A program made the translations under genes and the position numbers. 64,000 nt of DNA. It comes from an uncultured virus (IMG/VR IMGVR_UViG_3300025674_000026) (Duplodnaviria > Heunggongvirae > Uroviricota > Caudoviricetes). Shown piece by piece: positions 19,344-28,161 of this stretch. The stretch lies in the IMG/VR virus record IMGVR_UViG_3300025674_000026; one strand, written 5' to 3'. Below the pieces are notes generated by a model, which did no database searches, was not told the DNA's origin, and saw nothing but the letters and a program-made list of their open reading frames with translations. The first letter of the stretch is position 1. Each line of letters starts with the position of its first letter.

Positions 19344-20456
19344 ATGGAAACTATTGGAATTAATCTTACACATGATGGATCTGTCTGTCATTGTACTGAT
19401 GGTGAGATAACATCATTTCTTGAAGAAGAAAGGATAAATGGCATAAAACACGATGCTTTGCCAGTGCTTTCTTTTAGGAAATTAATATCTCAAGGAAGTA
19501 ATATCAATATATTGTTTGATAAAAACAATATGATTCTTTGCAGTGGACTAGAATCTTATAATAATGCTTCAAAAATAAACAATGATGGAATGCTAGAGGA
19601 ACAAGTCTACTTTCCATTTTTAGCACATGAGGTATTTAAGTGTAAATCTGATACCCATTTACAGTATGAGTTCTCAAATGACCATCACCTCTGGCACTCA
19701 TTTGCTGGATTTTATAATTCTGGTTTTGATGAAGCAGTTTGTTTAGTTGTTGACGGTATCGGAAACAGGAGACCTGGTACAAAGTCACAAGAAACATTAT
19801 CTGTTTTTCATCATACATATCCAGACGTTTGTCGTTACATCGGTGGATGTGAATCTGAGGATCCTCTTCTACTAAGAACTCCAGACAACTGGAAACCAGG
19901 AATAGGCATGATTTATTCCGCAATCAGTTATTATCTTGGGTTTGGTCAACTAGGTAATGGGAAGTTGATGGGATTATCTTCATATGGAAAACCTGACCCT
20001 AGGATAGAATCTTTTCTTGGAAAAGATAAATTCCCATTAAGTACTAGATTTTCTAGAGATGTTCATGGGTGTCTGTTTCATCCATATGGCGATTTACCTC
20101 CATTACCCGTAAAAAAAGATTTTTGGGAAAAGAATGAATGGACTGAAGAGCATCAGTTATATGCAAATCTTGCTTATAGATGTCAAAAAGATTTTGAGAC
20201 ATATATGATTGAAGCAATACATATGGCAATAAATCTTAGTGGATCAAAAAATATTGTTCTTGGGGGAGGGTGTGCATTAAACTGTATGGCAAATTATGAG
20301 TATTTGAAATATCTACCCGATGGTGTAAAATTGTTTGTAGATCCTGTTTGTGGTGACGCAGGAACTTCCATAGGGATGGCTAAATACTTATATTACAGAA
20401 ATACCAGATCCACTAAAAAAACTCCCCTTAAATCATTATACTTAGGACCAGAATGA
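19344..20456 (+). CDS. Carbamoyltransferase N-terminal (Kae1-like) domain only
   Basis: HDGSVC, EEERINGIKHD, HHLWHS, VDGIG, GKLMGLSSYG, GGGCALNCMAN, GDAGTSIG; ends at LYLGPE with no C-terminal YrdC-like domain. Confidence 0.85.
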   Translation: METIGINLTHDGSVCHCTDGEITSFLEEERINGIKHDALPVLSFRKLISQGSNINILFDKNNMILCSGLESYNNASKINNDGMLEEQVYFPFLAHEVFKCKSDTHLQYEFSNDHHLWHSFAGFYNSGFDEAVCLVVDGIGNRRPGTKSQETLSVFHHTYPDVCRYIGGCESEDPLLLRTPDNWKPGIGMIYSAISYYLGFGQLGNGKLMGLSSYGKPDPRIESFLGKDKFPLSTRFSRDVHGCLFHPYGDLPPLPVKKDFWEKNEWTEEHQLYANLAYRCQKDFETYMIEAIHMAINLSGSKNIVLGGGCALNCMANYEYLKYLPDGVKLFVDPVCGDAGTSIGMAKYLYYRNTRSTKKTPLKSLYLGPE

Positions 20457-20779
20457 GATACGTTGTTGATATTGATGGGACCATTTGTACTCCTGGAAAG
20501 GGAGAAGGAAGATACACAGAAGCAGTACCAATTCCCGATCGGATTGCTAAAATAAATAAGTTGTATGATCAAGGTCACTATATCGTATATTTGACCGCCA
20601 GGGGCATGGGTAGATTCGGGAATTCTCGTATGTTATCCCACAAAACGTTTTATAATTTTACTTACGACCAATTAAGATCATGGGGTTGTAAGTTTCATGA
20701 ACTCCACCTAGGTAAACCTGCTGGAGACTACTACATTGACGACAAAGGAGTACACTCTGATGATTTCTTCAAGACCTAG
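20453..20779 (+). CDS. Minimal HAD-family phosphatase (candidate GmhB-equivalent)
   Basis: VDIDGTIC (DxDGT), YLTAR, GKPAGDYYIDDK. Confidence 0.75.
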   Translation: MRYVVDIDGTICTPGKGEGRYTEAVPIPDRIAKINKLYDQGHYIVYLTARGMGRFGNSRMLSHKTFYNFTYDQLRSWGCKFHELHLGKPAGDYYIDDKGVHSDDFFKT

Positions 20780-21134
20780 AGCAGGAGACCCAATCAAATT
20801 TGTCCCTAAAGGGTGGGGATATGAGAAGTGGATTGTAAACTGCGAACAGTATTGTGGCAAACTTTTATTTCTTGCCAAAGGTAAAAAGTGTTCCTGGCAT
20901 TACCATAAGAAAAAAGATGAAGTATTCTACGTTCAGAGTGGAAGAATTAAAATCTTATATGGTTGGGACGATAATATTGAACTTGCTACTGTTGGAACTC
21001 TTGAGAGGGGAGACAAGTTTCACGTCCCTGTTGGAATGAAGCACAGGATGATTGCTCTAGAAGATACAGAATTGTTTGAATTCAGCACAGAACACTTTGA
21101 TGAAGACAGTAACAGGATAGAAGCTGGTGACTAA
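20760..21134 (+). CDS. Cupin, mannose-6-phosphate isomerase-like sugar isomerase
   Basis: VPKGWGYE, SWHYHKKKDEVFYVQSG, GDKFHVPVGMKHR; AAGGAG RBS before the ATG at 20760. Confidence 0.75.
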   Translation: MISSRPRAGDPIKFVPKGWGYEKWIVNCEQYCGKLLFLAKGKKCSWHYHKKKDEVFYVQSGRIKILYGWDDNIELATVGTLERGDKFHVPVGMKHRMIALEDTELFEFSTEHFDEDSNRIEAGD

Positions 21135-21771
21135 ATGCACTAGAATTGATGCCGAATCAAAGATAACAGATCTTATCTATATCTTTGATGACTTTGTTCC
21201 TCATGAAGACTGCGATCGAATGATTGAATGGTTTCATGATAATGAAGACAAACATAAGGATGGAGTTGTAAATTATGGTGCAGGAATAGATCAACATCTA
21301 ATGGATAAGTCTTCTAAGAATTGTAGAGAAGCGACTGTTCCATCTGAAGATTCTGTCTCCGAACTTCTAACAACGATCACAAGAAACGCATACTATAAAA
21401 TAATAGAAAATGGAGTCACTGCCCCTATGGCAGACCTCTTCATTAATGGATACTCAATTAGGAAGTATCCAGTAAATGAAGGCATATTTGAAACTCATGT
21501 AGACCAACATGCTGGTGATGCAGTTGTTAGGTTGTTTGCTGTTTTGATTTATTTGAATGATGTGGAAGAAGGTGGTGAGACTTTATTCCCAACTTGGGGA
21601 ATAGGTGTTAAACCAAAAAAGGGAAGAGTTCTCATCTTCCCATGCAACTGGTTATTCCCACATAAAGGATGCATTCCAATTTCTGAACCAAAGTATATGT
21701 CAGCAATGTTCCTTAATTTTGCACCCCAAGATATTGAGCCACCGATCGAAACTGATAGTCAATCCAACTAA
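21127..21771 (+). CDS. 2OG-Fe(II) oxygenase, prolyl-4-hydroxylase-like
   Basis: HVD, LIYLNDVEEGGETLF, KPKKGRVLIFP, HKG...KY. Confidence 0.85.
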   Translation: MTKCTRIDAESKITDLIYIFDDFVPHEDCDRMIEWFHDNEDKHKDGVVNYGAGIDQHLMDKSSKNCREATVPSEDSVSELLTTITRNAYYKIIENGVTAPMADLFINGYSIRKYPVNEGIFETHVDQHAGDAVVRLFAVLIYLNDVEEGGETLFPTWGIGVKPKKGRVLIFPCNWLFPHKGCIPISEPKYMSAMFLNFAPQDIEPPIETDSQSN

Positions 21772-22519
21772 TATCAGCACAGGTGTAGTCCTGATATTTA
21801 CCTTTTAGATGTTTGGGGAAGGGGATGGTTTTTATTTTACCACCCTCTTTTTTTGCGACTAATTCTGCAACGTCCTGGAAAGATATTGGATTCCCAGTTC
21901 CGATGTCATAGATTCCACTAGGAGCATCGTTATTCATTACAACGTTTACGACATCATCAACACATACAAAATCCCTATAGAACTTGTCAGATCCTTCAAA
22001 TAGTTGGAGTTTACCTGTTTGTTTGATTTGTTTAGTGAACTTAGAAACTGGACTTGCTTGATCTCCCTTGTGGTCTTCTCCAGATCCATAAACGTTGAAA
22101 TATCTGAATCCCTGAATATGTCTGAACTTATCGATATGATCTAAGACATAGTAATCAATAATTAACTTAGATATTGCATATTGGTTTAGTGGATTTATGA
22201 TTTTCAAATCTTTGGTCTGGTTCCCATATACTGAAGCCGAAGAAGCATATTTAACGGGAATTTGATATTCGATTGCTTTATCAAACAAGTGTGCGGTGAA
22301 TGTTTGATTGTAATGAGATATTTGCATCCAGTTCTTTTCCGTAGTGGATGACATTGCTCCTTGATGAATTATCTGCGTAATTTTTTTCCAGTCAGTAAAA
22401 GATCTCATGAACTTCCAACAGTCATCCATTCCAAGGCAAATGACTGGTTCTCTCATTTCTTCTATGGCACGAAGAAAGTGAGATCCAATAAAACCACTAT
22501 GTCCTGTTAAAATTATCAT
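21713..22519 (-). CDS. hldD: ADP-L-glycero-D-manno-heptose-6-epimerase
   Basis: TGHSGFIG, HQGAMSSTTE, YASSASVYG, PLNQYAISK (YxxxK), GFRYFNVYG, HKGDQAS, LFEGS...RDFV and IPFPKHLKGKYQ are all HldD/RfaD-specific motifs. Confidence 0.9.
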   Translation of the reverse strand: MIILTGHSGFIGSHFLRAIEEMREPVICLGMDDCWKFMRSFTDWKKITQIIHQGAMSSTTEKNWMQISHYNQTFTAHLFDKAIEYQIPVKYASSASVYGNQTKDLKIINPLNQYAISKLIIDYYVLDHIDKFRHIQGFRYFNVYGSGEDHKGDQASPVSKFTKQIKQTGKLQLFEGSDKFYRDFVCVDDVVNVVMNNDAPSGIYDIGTGNPISFQDVAELVAKKEGGKIKTIPFPKHLKGKYQDYTCADISWIDYQFRSVAQYLGVQN

Positions 22520-23211
22520 AGAAACCTACTTACTGTCATAAAATACATTTGCACTAATCGCCAAGTGTTCTCATCAAACATTCCCTCTTTAATATAAGCT
22601 CCATGTAGAACTTGATCTGGATAAAAAATTAGTCTGTTGTATTTCATCTCAGCCAAATGAATTAATTCCCATGGACCAGAAGTATCTGGAAAAGGTGGAC
22701 ATTCTGGTATTGATATGCCATCTTGTTCTGGATTTACTTGCATACCCTTATACGTATAGAATGCAGTACCACCCTTGCATTCTTTTGGGGTATTGAGATT
22801 AATTAGAGCAGCAAATCCACCAACAGCGCCTATTGTATTATCAATATGAGGTCGTGGGTCTAGATCCTTAGTCACATTAACAATGAATGGATTGTCCATA
22901 CATGATCTTCTAAATGCTCTAAGTTTCTTAGGTTCTAATCCATATACTTCAGTAACAATCTCTTCAAAGACTGGGATGAAATGATCAATATCTACTGCCA
23001 ACTCAACCCTCGCTGGACATCCAGCAAGGATCCTTTTATTGTGTAAAGTTGGTGGACAACGCAGAGCAAGATCTCTTACCAACTTTGGGTTTTTGTAAAA
23101 GTTATCAATATAAACAATGGGAATCTTTTCCCACCCCATAAGTTCTACTCTTGCCTCAAGACCTTCGTTTAGAGCGAAGACCTCTCTTTCATCAATAAAA
23201 TACTTTTTCAT
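22516..23211 (-). CDS. 2OG-Fe(II) oxygenase, DUF6445-like (paralogue of 12558..13196)
   Basis: YIDNFYKNPKLVR, PHID, AALINLN...GGTAFY, MKYNRLIFY...LHGA, RLVQMYF. Confidence 0.75.
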   Translation of the reverse strand: MKKYFIDEREVFALNEGLEARVELMGWEKIPIVYIDNFYKNPKLVRDLALRCPPTLHNKRILAGCPARVELAVDIDHFIPVFEEIVTEVYGLEPKKLRAFRRSCMDNPFIVNVTKDLDPRPHIDNTIGAVGGFAALINLNTPKECKGGTAFYTYKGMQVNPEQDGISIPECPPFPDTSGPWELIHLAEMKYNRLIFYPDQVLHGAYIKEGMFDENTWRLVQMYFMTVSRFL

Positions 23212-23216
23212 GCGAT

Positions 23217-23224
23217 CATAAATA
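23217..23224 (+). promoter_or_regulatory. Late promoter (CATAAATA) for gp13-gp14
   Basis: ATAAATA core in the 40 bp gap before gp13. Confidence 0.7.
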
Positions 23225-23251
23225 CTTTGGAGAAACCTATAGAGTTTGGGA

Positions 23252-24070
23252 ATGGCAAAGCCCTCTAGTAGAGACGAGTTGAAGGAATATTGTTTACGAA
23301 GACTCGGAAAACCAGTATTGGAAATTAACGTCGATGATGATCAGATCGAAGATCTTATCGATGATGCCATCCAATTCTACCATGAAAGACATGGTGAGGG
23401 AATAGATAGAGTCTTTTTAAAGCATAAACTTACTGAGGCAGAAAAGACTACCATTGTAGGCATTGCTTCCACAACCACTGGAACGAGTTCTCATGGTGGC
23501 GTCACTATGATGGAATATGAGGAAGGTGCTAATTACTTACCTCTTCCAGATAGTGTTATTGGTGTTAACAAGATATTTAAAGTAGATTCGTCATCGGTTT
23601 CTGACGGTCTATTCAATATTAAATATCAACTGTTCCTTAATGACCTATATTACTATGGTGCTATAGATCTCTTGAACTATAGTATGGTTAAATCTTACTT
23701 AGAAACTCTGGACTTTATTATCAATCCAGATGCTCAGATTAGATTTAACAAAAAGAACAATCGTTTATATTTAGATATCGATCTACAGAGTCTAACAGAC
23801 AATCATTACTTAGTAATTGATTGTTATAGGGTTGTAGATCCCAATAGTTCTACGGCGGTATACAACGACTCTTGGTTAAAGAGATACGTTACTTCTCTAA
23901 TCAAAAGACAATGGGGACAAAACCTCATTAAATTCCAAGGAGTTAAACTTCCTGGTGGATTGGAGATGAATGGAAGACAGTTATATGATGATGCTGTTAG
24001 AGAACTAGAAGAACTTGAACAGAAGTTGATGTCCGAGTTCGCAATGCCACCTCTAGATTTTATAGGATAA
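23252..24070 (+). CDS. gp13: Neck protein gp13
   Basis: LKEYCLRRLGKPVLEINVDDDQ...WGQNLIKF.GVKLPGG; T4 synteny. ATG at 23252. Confidence 0.93.
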   Translation: MAKPSSRDELKEYCLRRLGKPVLEINVDDDQIEDLIDDAIQFYHERHGEGIDRVFLKHKLTEAEKTTIVGIASTTTGTSSHGGVTMMEYEEGANYLPLPDSVIGVNKIFKVDSSSVSDGLFNIKYQLFLNDLYYYGAIDLLNYSMVKSYLETLDFIINPDAQIRFNKKNNRLYLDIDLQSLTDNHYLVIDCYRVVDPNSSTAVYNDSWLKRYVTSLIKRQWGQNLIKFQGVKLPGGLEMNGRQLYDDAVRELEELEQKLMSEFAMPPLDFIG

Positions 24071-26358
24071 TGCCTTTAAATCCATTTTTCCTACACGGGT
24101 CACCAAGCGAACAAAGACTTGTTCAGGACTTGGTAAACGAGCATCTGAAGATGTTCGGTCAGGATGTTTTGTATCTACCTAGAAAGATTGTCAATACAAA
24201 CTCAGTAATTAAAGAGATTACTGCTTCTAGATTTGATGATAGTTTTAGATTGGAAGCATACCTATCCAACTATGAGGGTTTTGGATCCCCCTCCGAAATT
24301 CTTTCTAAGTTTGGAGTTAGATCGCAAGATGAGTTGACTCTAGTAATTTCCAAGGAAAGGTATGATGATTTTATTACTCCTTTCTTGAAGTTATTTCCAG
24401 AAGGGGAAATTAAAGTAACTACGAGACCACAAGAAGGAGACTTAATTTATCTCCCTCTTGATAATGCTCTATTTGAAATTAAGTTTGTAGAGACAAAAGT
24501 TCCTTTCTACCAACTGAACGATCTCTACATGTATGAACTTAAGTGTGAGATCTTTGAATATGAAGATGAGGTTATCGCTATTCCAGACACAGAGCATGGT
24601 GTCAATGGAGAAGATGTTTTGGAACCTATTGGTCTTGGTGGACAACTTCTCAAGATACAGATGGTCGAAGACAATACATCGAATGCTCTTGCTTCAGTTT
24701 CTTTGGCATCTACAATTATTGGAACTAAGTCGGTACAGTATGTAAGACTGTTTAATGAAGGTAATTATATTTCCACGCCAGAAGTATACATTTCAAAACC
24801 AACTAGAGGCAATCAAGCAACTGGTATTGCAACTGCTTACTACGATTCAGTCCAAGAAGTAAGTATAACATATAAAGGAACGAATCACATCACAATTCCA
24901 AGTGTGACGTTCACGCCTCCCAATAGAGCTATTTCTTCTCAAATTAAATTTGGAAATAACTCTCTACATCATCAAATTTATAGTGATACTAGGGATGCTA
25001 ATTTTGATTTCCCAGTAAACTTAGATACAAGAACAACTGCAGATGGTAGAACCGTAATTAGTTTTTGGTTCTACCCAACTAAGTTAGATCCAGATCCAAA
25101 CTTTGGTGGTGTTCTTCTTTGGTCGAATAGAATCAAAATATATCATAGAACATCAGGTACTGTCGTATATGCTTCTGGTACTACTAGTGTTGAAAATACA
25201 AATCCACTAACTTTAAATGCTTGGAACTTTATCCGAGTAGAACAAGTTGGTAATGATGCGACTCTTTCCGTTAATGGAAACACTGGATCTGATTATCCAA
25301 ACGCAGACCCCATTATGTTCTTTGCTGGAGCTAGACTCCACATTGGTGCAGATACTAATGGTGCAGGAAAATTAAATACTATCACTAGAGGATTTGAGGG
25401 ATACCTAGATCACTTAACTATCAACGTCACAGGAGACTCTGCATTTAGAACGACTAGTAGTGCCTTAGTTCCCACAAGTGAGACAGAACAGGAAATTGAT
25501 CCACAAATGAGCACGTCTGCACAACGTGTCAATAACCTAAACAATGAGTATCCAGTTGTTGTTGCCAATCTCAATGCAGCAAGAGAAGTGGAATCTTTAT
25601 CTATTGTTTATGGTGGTAGTGGATACATTAGTGATCCATTGATGACTATTGAAGAACCAAGACTGGGAGATCAGGCAACTGCTGTCGCAATCATGACCAG
25701 TAGAGGCGGTTTGCAGAATCAGGCAATTGATAGAATTCTTTTGATCAATCCTGGTACTGGATATACAACTCCACCTACTGTCACCTTCACTGGAGGTGGA
25801 TCGATTGCTGGTGCTATTGCTACTTGTGTTCTCGGTGAAAGAGTCCTAGGACCAGTTGCGATTTCTACTGGTGGTTTTGGATACAACTTTACCCCAACAG
25901 TGGGAATCACTTCTATCTTTATTGCACAGTCTTCAAATACTGCAAGATCGATCGAGAATGCACAAGCAGAAGCAGTTGTAAGCACTGCAGGAACAGTAAC
26001 TCAAATTAGATACAGTAATGCTGGTGTTGGATATACCTTCACTCCAGATGTAACTATAGAGAAAGTAGAAACTGCATTCTTTGGTGACTACGAAATCAAC
26101 AGCGTTATCAGGGGTGTTTCTACGGGAACTAGTGCATACGTACAATCCTGGGATTCACTCAATCGTATTCTTACAGTTGCTATTCCAAATGGAAACTTTG
26201 CAATTGGCGAAGCGGTTGTCGGTGCAGGTGTCAGTTATAGAATTTCCTCAATCGAAGATAATTTCGATAATGTTCCTTTTGCATCTAATGAAGAGATTCA
26301 AGAAGAAGCTGATAAAATTATAGACTTCAGTGAAAAGAATCCATTTGGTGAGTTCTAA
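24070..26358 (+). CDS. gp14: Neck protein gp14, enlarged (762 aa) by inserted domains
   Basis: N-terminal LVNEHLKMFGQDVLYLPR...PQEGDLIY...FEIKFVE and C-terminal DFSEKNPFG; the insert carries G-x-G-Y-x3-P repeats and a LamG-like domain. Confidence 0.88.
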   Translation: MPLNPFFLHGSPSEQRLVQDLVNEHLKMFGQDVLYLPRKIVNTNSVIKEITASRFDDSFRLEAYLSNYEGFGSPSEILSKFGVRSQDELTLVISKERYDDFITPFLKLFPEGEIKVTTRPQEGDLIYLPLDNALFEIKFVETKVPFYQLNDLYMYELKCEIFEYEDEVIAIPDTEHGVNGEDVLEPIGLGGQLLKIQMVEDNTSNALASVSLASTIIGTKSVQYVRLFNEGNYISTPEVYISKPTRGNQATGIATAYYDSVQEVSITYKGTNHITIPSVTFTPPNRAISSQIKFGNNSLHHQIYSDTRDANFDFPVNLDTRTTADGRTVISFWFYPTKLDPDPNFGGVLLWSNRIKIYHRTSGTVVYASGTTSVENTNPLTLNAWNFIRVEQVGNDATLSVNGNTGSDYPNADPIMFFAGARLHIGADTNGAGKLNTITRGFEGYLDHLTINVTGDSAFRTTSSALVPTSETEQEIDPQMSTSAQRVNNLNNEYPVVVANLNAAREVESLSIVYGGSGYISDPLMTIEEPRLGDQATAVAIMTSRGGLQNQAIDRILLINPGTGYTTPPTVTFTGGGSIAGAIATCVLGERVLGPVAISTGGFGYNFTPTVGITSIFIAQSSNTARSIENAQAEAVVSTAGTVTQIRYSNAGVGYTFTPDVTIEKVETAFFGDYEINSVIRGVSTGTSAYVQSWDSLNRILTVAIPNGNFAIGEAVVGAGVSYRISSIEDNFDNVPFASNEEIQEEADKIIDFSEKNPFGEF

Positions 26359-26382
26359 ATAGCTTTATTAATTGGAAATATC

Positions 26383-27456
26383 ATGTTAACCTCCCACTTT
26401 TACCATGAGATTATCCGAAAGACTATTATTTCTTTCGGTACTCTTTTTAATAATCTTGAGATCCAGCATAAAGATAGTGCTGATAACACCGTCAGCGTGT
26501 TAAAGGTTCCCATTTCATATGGACCTATTCAGAAATTTCTTGCGAGACTGGAGCAGAATAGAGACTTGAGATCTCCTGGGCGTCCTGCGGGTGCGTTAAC
26601 TCTTCCAAGAATGTCCTTTGAACTCCTTGGATGTTCTTACGATGCAAGTAGAAAAGTTTCTACTATGCAGACTTTTAAAGCAGTCAATAAAGAGACCTCC
26701 AAATTGATTAAGGGGTACATGCCAGTACCCTACAACTTCAATATTCAGTTGAGCATCATTTGCAAATTGAATGAAGATGCTTTGCAAATTCTTGAACAGA
26801 TCTTACCATACTTCCAACCATCATTCAATCTATCAATTGATTTGGTAGATGTTATTGGTGAGAAGAGAGATATGCCTATCACTTTAGATAATATCTCAAT
26901 GGAAGATAATTATGAGGGTGATTTTATGACTAGAAGAGCTCTCATTTATACACTAAACTTCACCTGTAAGAGTTACCTGTTTGGTCCTATCAATGCAAGC
27001 AGTGACGGTCTTATTAAGAAGGTACAAGCGGACTTCTACACAGATACATCCAACCTTAGAACTCCAACAAGACAAGTCAGATATACTGCAGTCCCTGTTG
27101 CTGCAAAAGATTATAACCAAGATACTACAACCAAAACTTCCGAAATCGTTTCCGAGCTTGTTACTGCCTTTAATGTAACTGATGCTACTCCATTTAATGT
27201 AAATGATTTCATTCAGATTGATTCTGAGGTCATGTCCATTAGAGGTAAGAGTGGTAATAGATTAACAGTGACCAGAGGTCAATATCAATCGGAAATTGTT
27301 TCCCATGATATTGAAACGCCAGTCCATGTAATCAATTACATAGATAATGAACAAATTGAAGAAGGAGATGACTTCGGATTTGGTGAAACGAGGTACGATT
27401 ACAGATCCGATGGTCAATCGTATAGTGTTAGTCAGACAGTGGATACTGATCTATGA
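26383..27456 (+). CDS. gp15: Tail sheath stabiliser/terminator gp15
   Basis: FYHEIIRKTIISFGTLFN...KVPISYGP...LPRMSF...QILEQILPYFQP; CTAAATA promoter at 26355. Confidence 0.92.
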   Translation: MLTSHFYHEIIRKTIISFGTLFNNLEIQHKDSADNTVSVLKVPISYGPIQKFLARLEQNRDLRSPGRPAGALTLPRMSFELLGCSYDASRKVSTMQTFKAVNKETSKLIKGYMPVPYNFNIQLSIICKLNEDALQILEQILPYFQPSFNLSIDLVDVIGEKRDMPITLDNISMEDNYEGDFMTRRALIYTLNFTCKSYLFGPINASSDGLIKKVQADFYTDTSNLRTPTRQVRYTAVPVAAKDYNQDTTTKTSEIVSELVTAFNVTDATPFNVNDFIQIDSEVMSIRGKSGNRLTVTRGQYQSEIVSHDIETPVHVINYIDNEQIEEGDDFGFGETRYDYRSDGQSYSVSQTVDTDL

Positions 27457-27890
27457 GCAATAACTTTGATTCCATTGACAATGCGTTAGACATTGAGGCA
27501 ACTCCAGTCGAACAGACTGAGATTGTAAAGAAACCCTCTGGGAAAATCAAAAAGAGAGAGGATATTCCAGACGTACAGAGAGACTATGAATACACTAGAG
27601 GTCAACTCTATTCTTTGATCGAAAAAGGTCAAGAGGCTATTGATGGAATCTTAGAAGTTTCTCAACAGTCAGATTCACCAAGAGCGTATGAAGTTGCAGG
27701 TCAGTTAATTAAAAGTGTTGCTGACACTGCAGATAAGCTCATGGATCTACAAAAGAAACTTAAGGATGTAACTGAAGAGAATCCAAAAGGACCAACGAAT
27801 GTCACTAACAATGCCTTGTTTGTTGGTTCTACATCGGAGTTGCAAAAATTACTTAAGCAAGGTCTGAACGATAAAAATAAATCTAAATAG
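27453..27890 (+). CDS. gp16: Terminase small subunit gp16
   Basis: DYEYTR...SPRAYEVAGQLIK...NNALFVGSTSELQK. Confidence 0.92.
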   Translation: MSNNFDSIDNALDIEATPVEQTEIVKKPSGKIKKREDIPDVQRDYEYTRGQLYSLIEKGQEAIDGILEVSQQSDSPRAYEVAGQLIKSVADTADKLMDLQKKLKDVTEENPKGPTNVTNNALFVGSTSELQKLLKQGLNDKNKSK

Positions 27891-27910
27891 TTAAAATCGG
27901 TTCTTCAATC

Positions 27911-28159
27911 ATGAAATCTTACAGGGAATTTATTAGCGAAGATTATAGAAGAATCAACCAGTACGGATCTACTTACGCAATCACGTTCATCTTCAGAGGG
28001 ATGACAAGAACTCTACAAATGTTCTTTCCGCAAAAAGGTAGACCACTTAAGAGAGACGTTCAAGCAGAACTAGAAAAAATTTATCCTGGTGGAAAAGTAA
28101 TTTACTTTGCACCAAGCTTAAAAGATCCAACGAAACCATTAGTTGTCATTGAAGACTGA
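27911..28159 (+). CDS. Small protein with a T4 capsid-targeting-like N-terminus (candidate internal head protein)
   Basis: Begins MKSYREFISE; CTAAATA late promoter at 27883-27889. Confidence 0.6.
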   Translation: MKSYREFISEDYRRINQYGSTYAITFIFRGMTRTLQMFFPQKGRPLKRDVQAELEKIYPGGKVIYFAPSLKDPTKPLVVIED

Positions 28160-28161
28160 TT

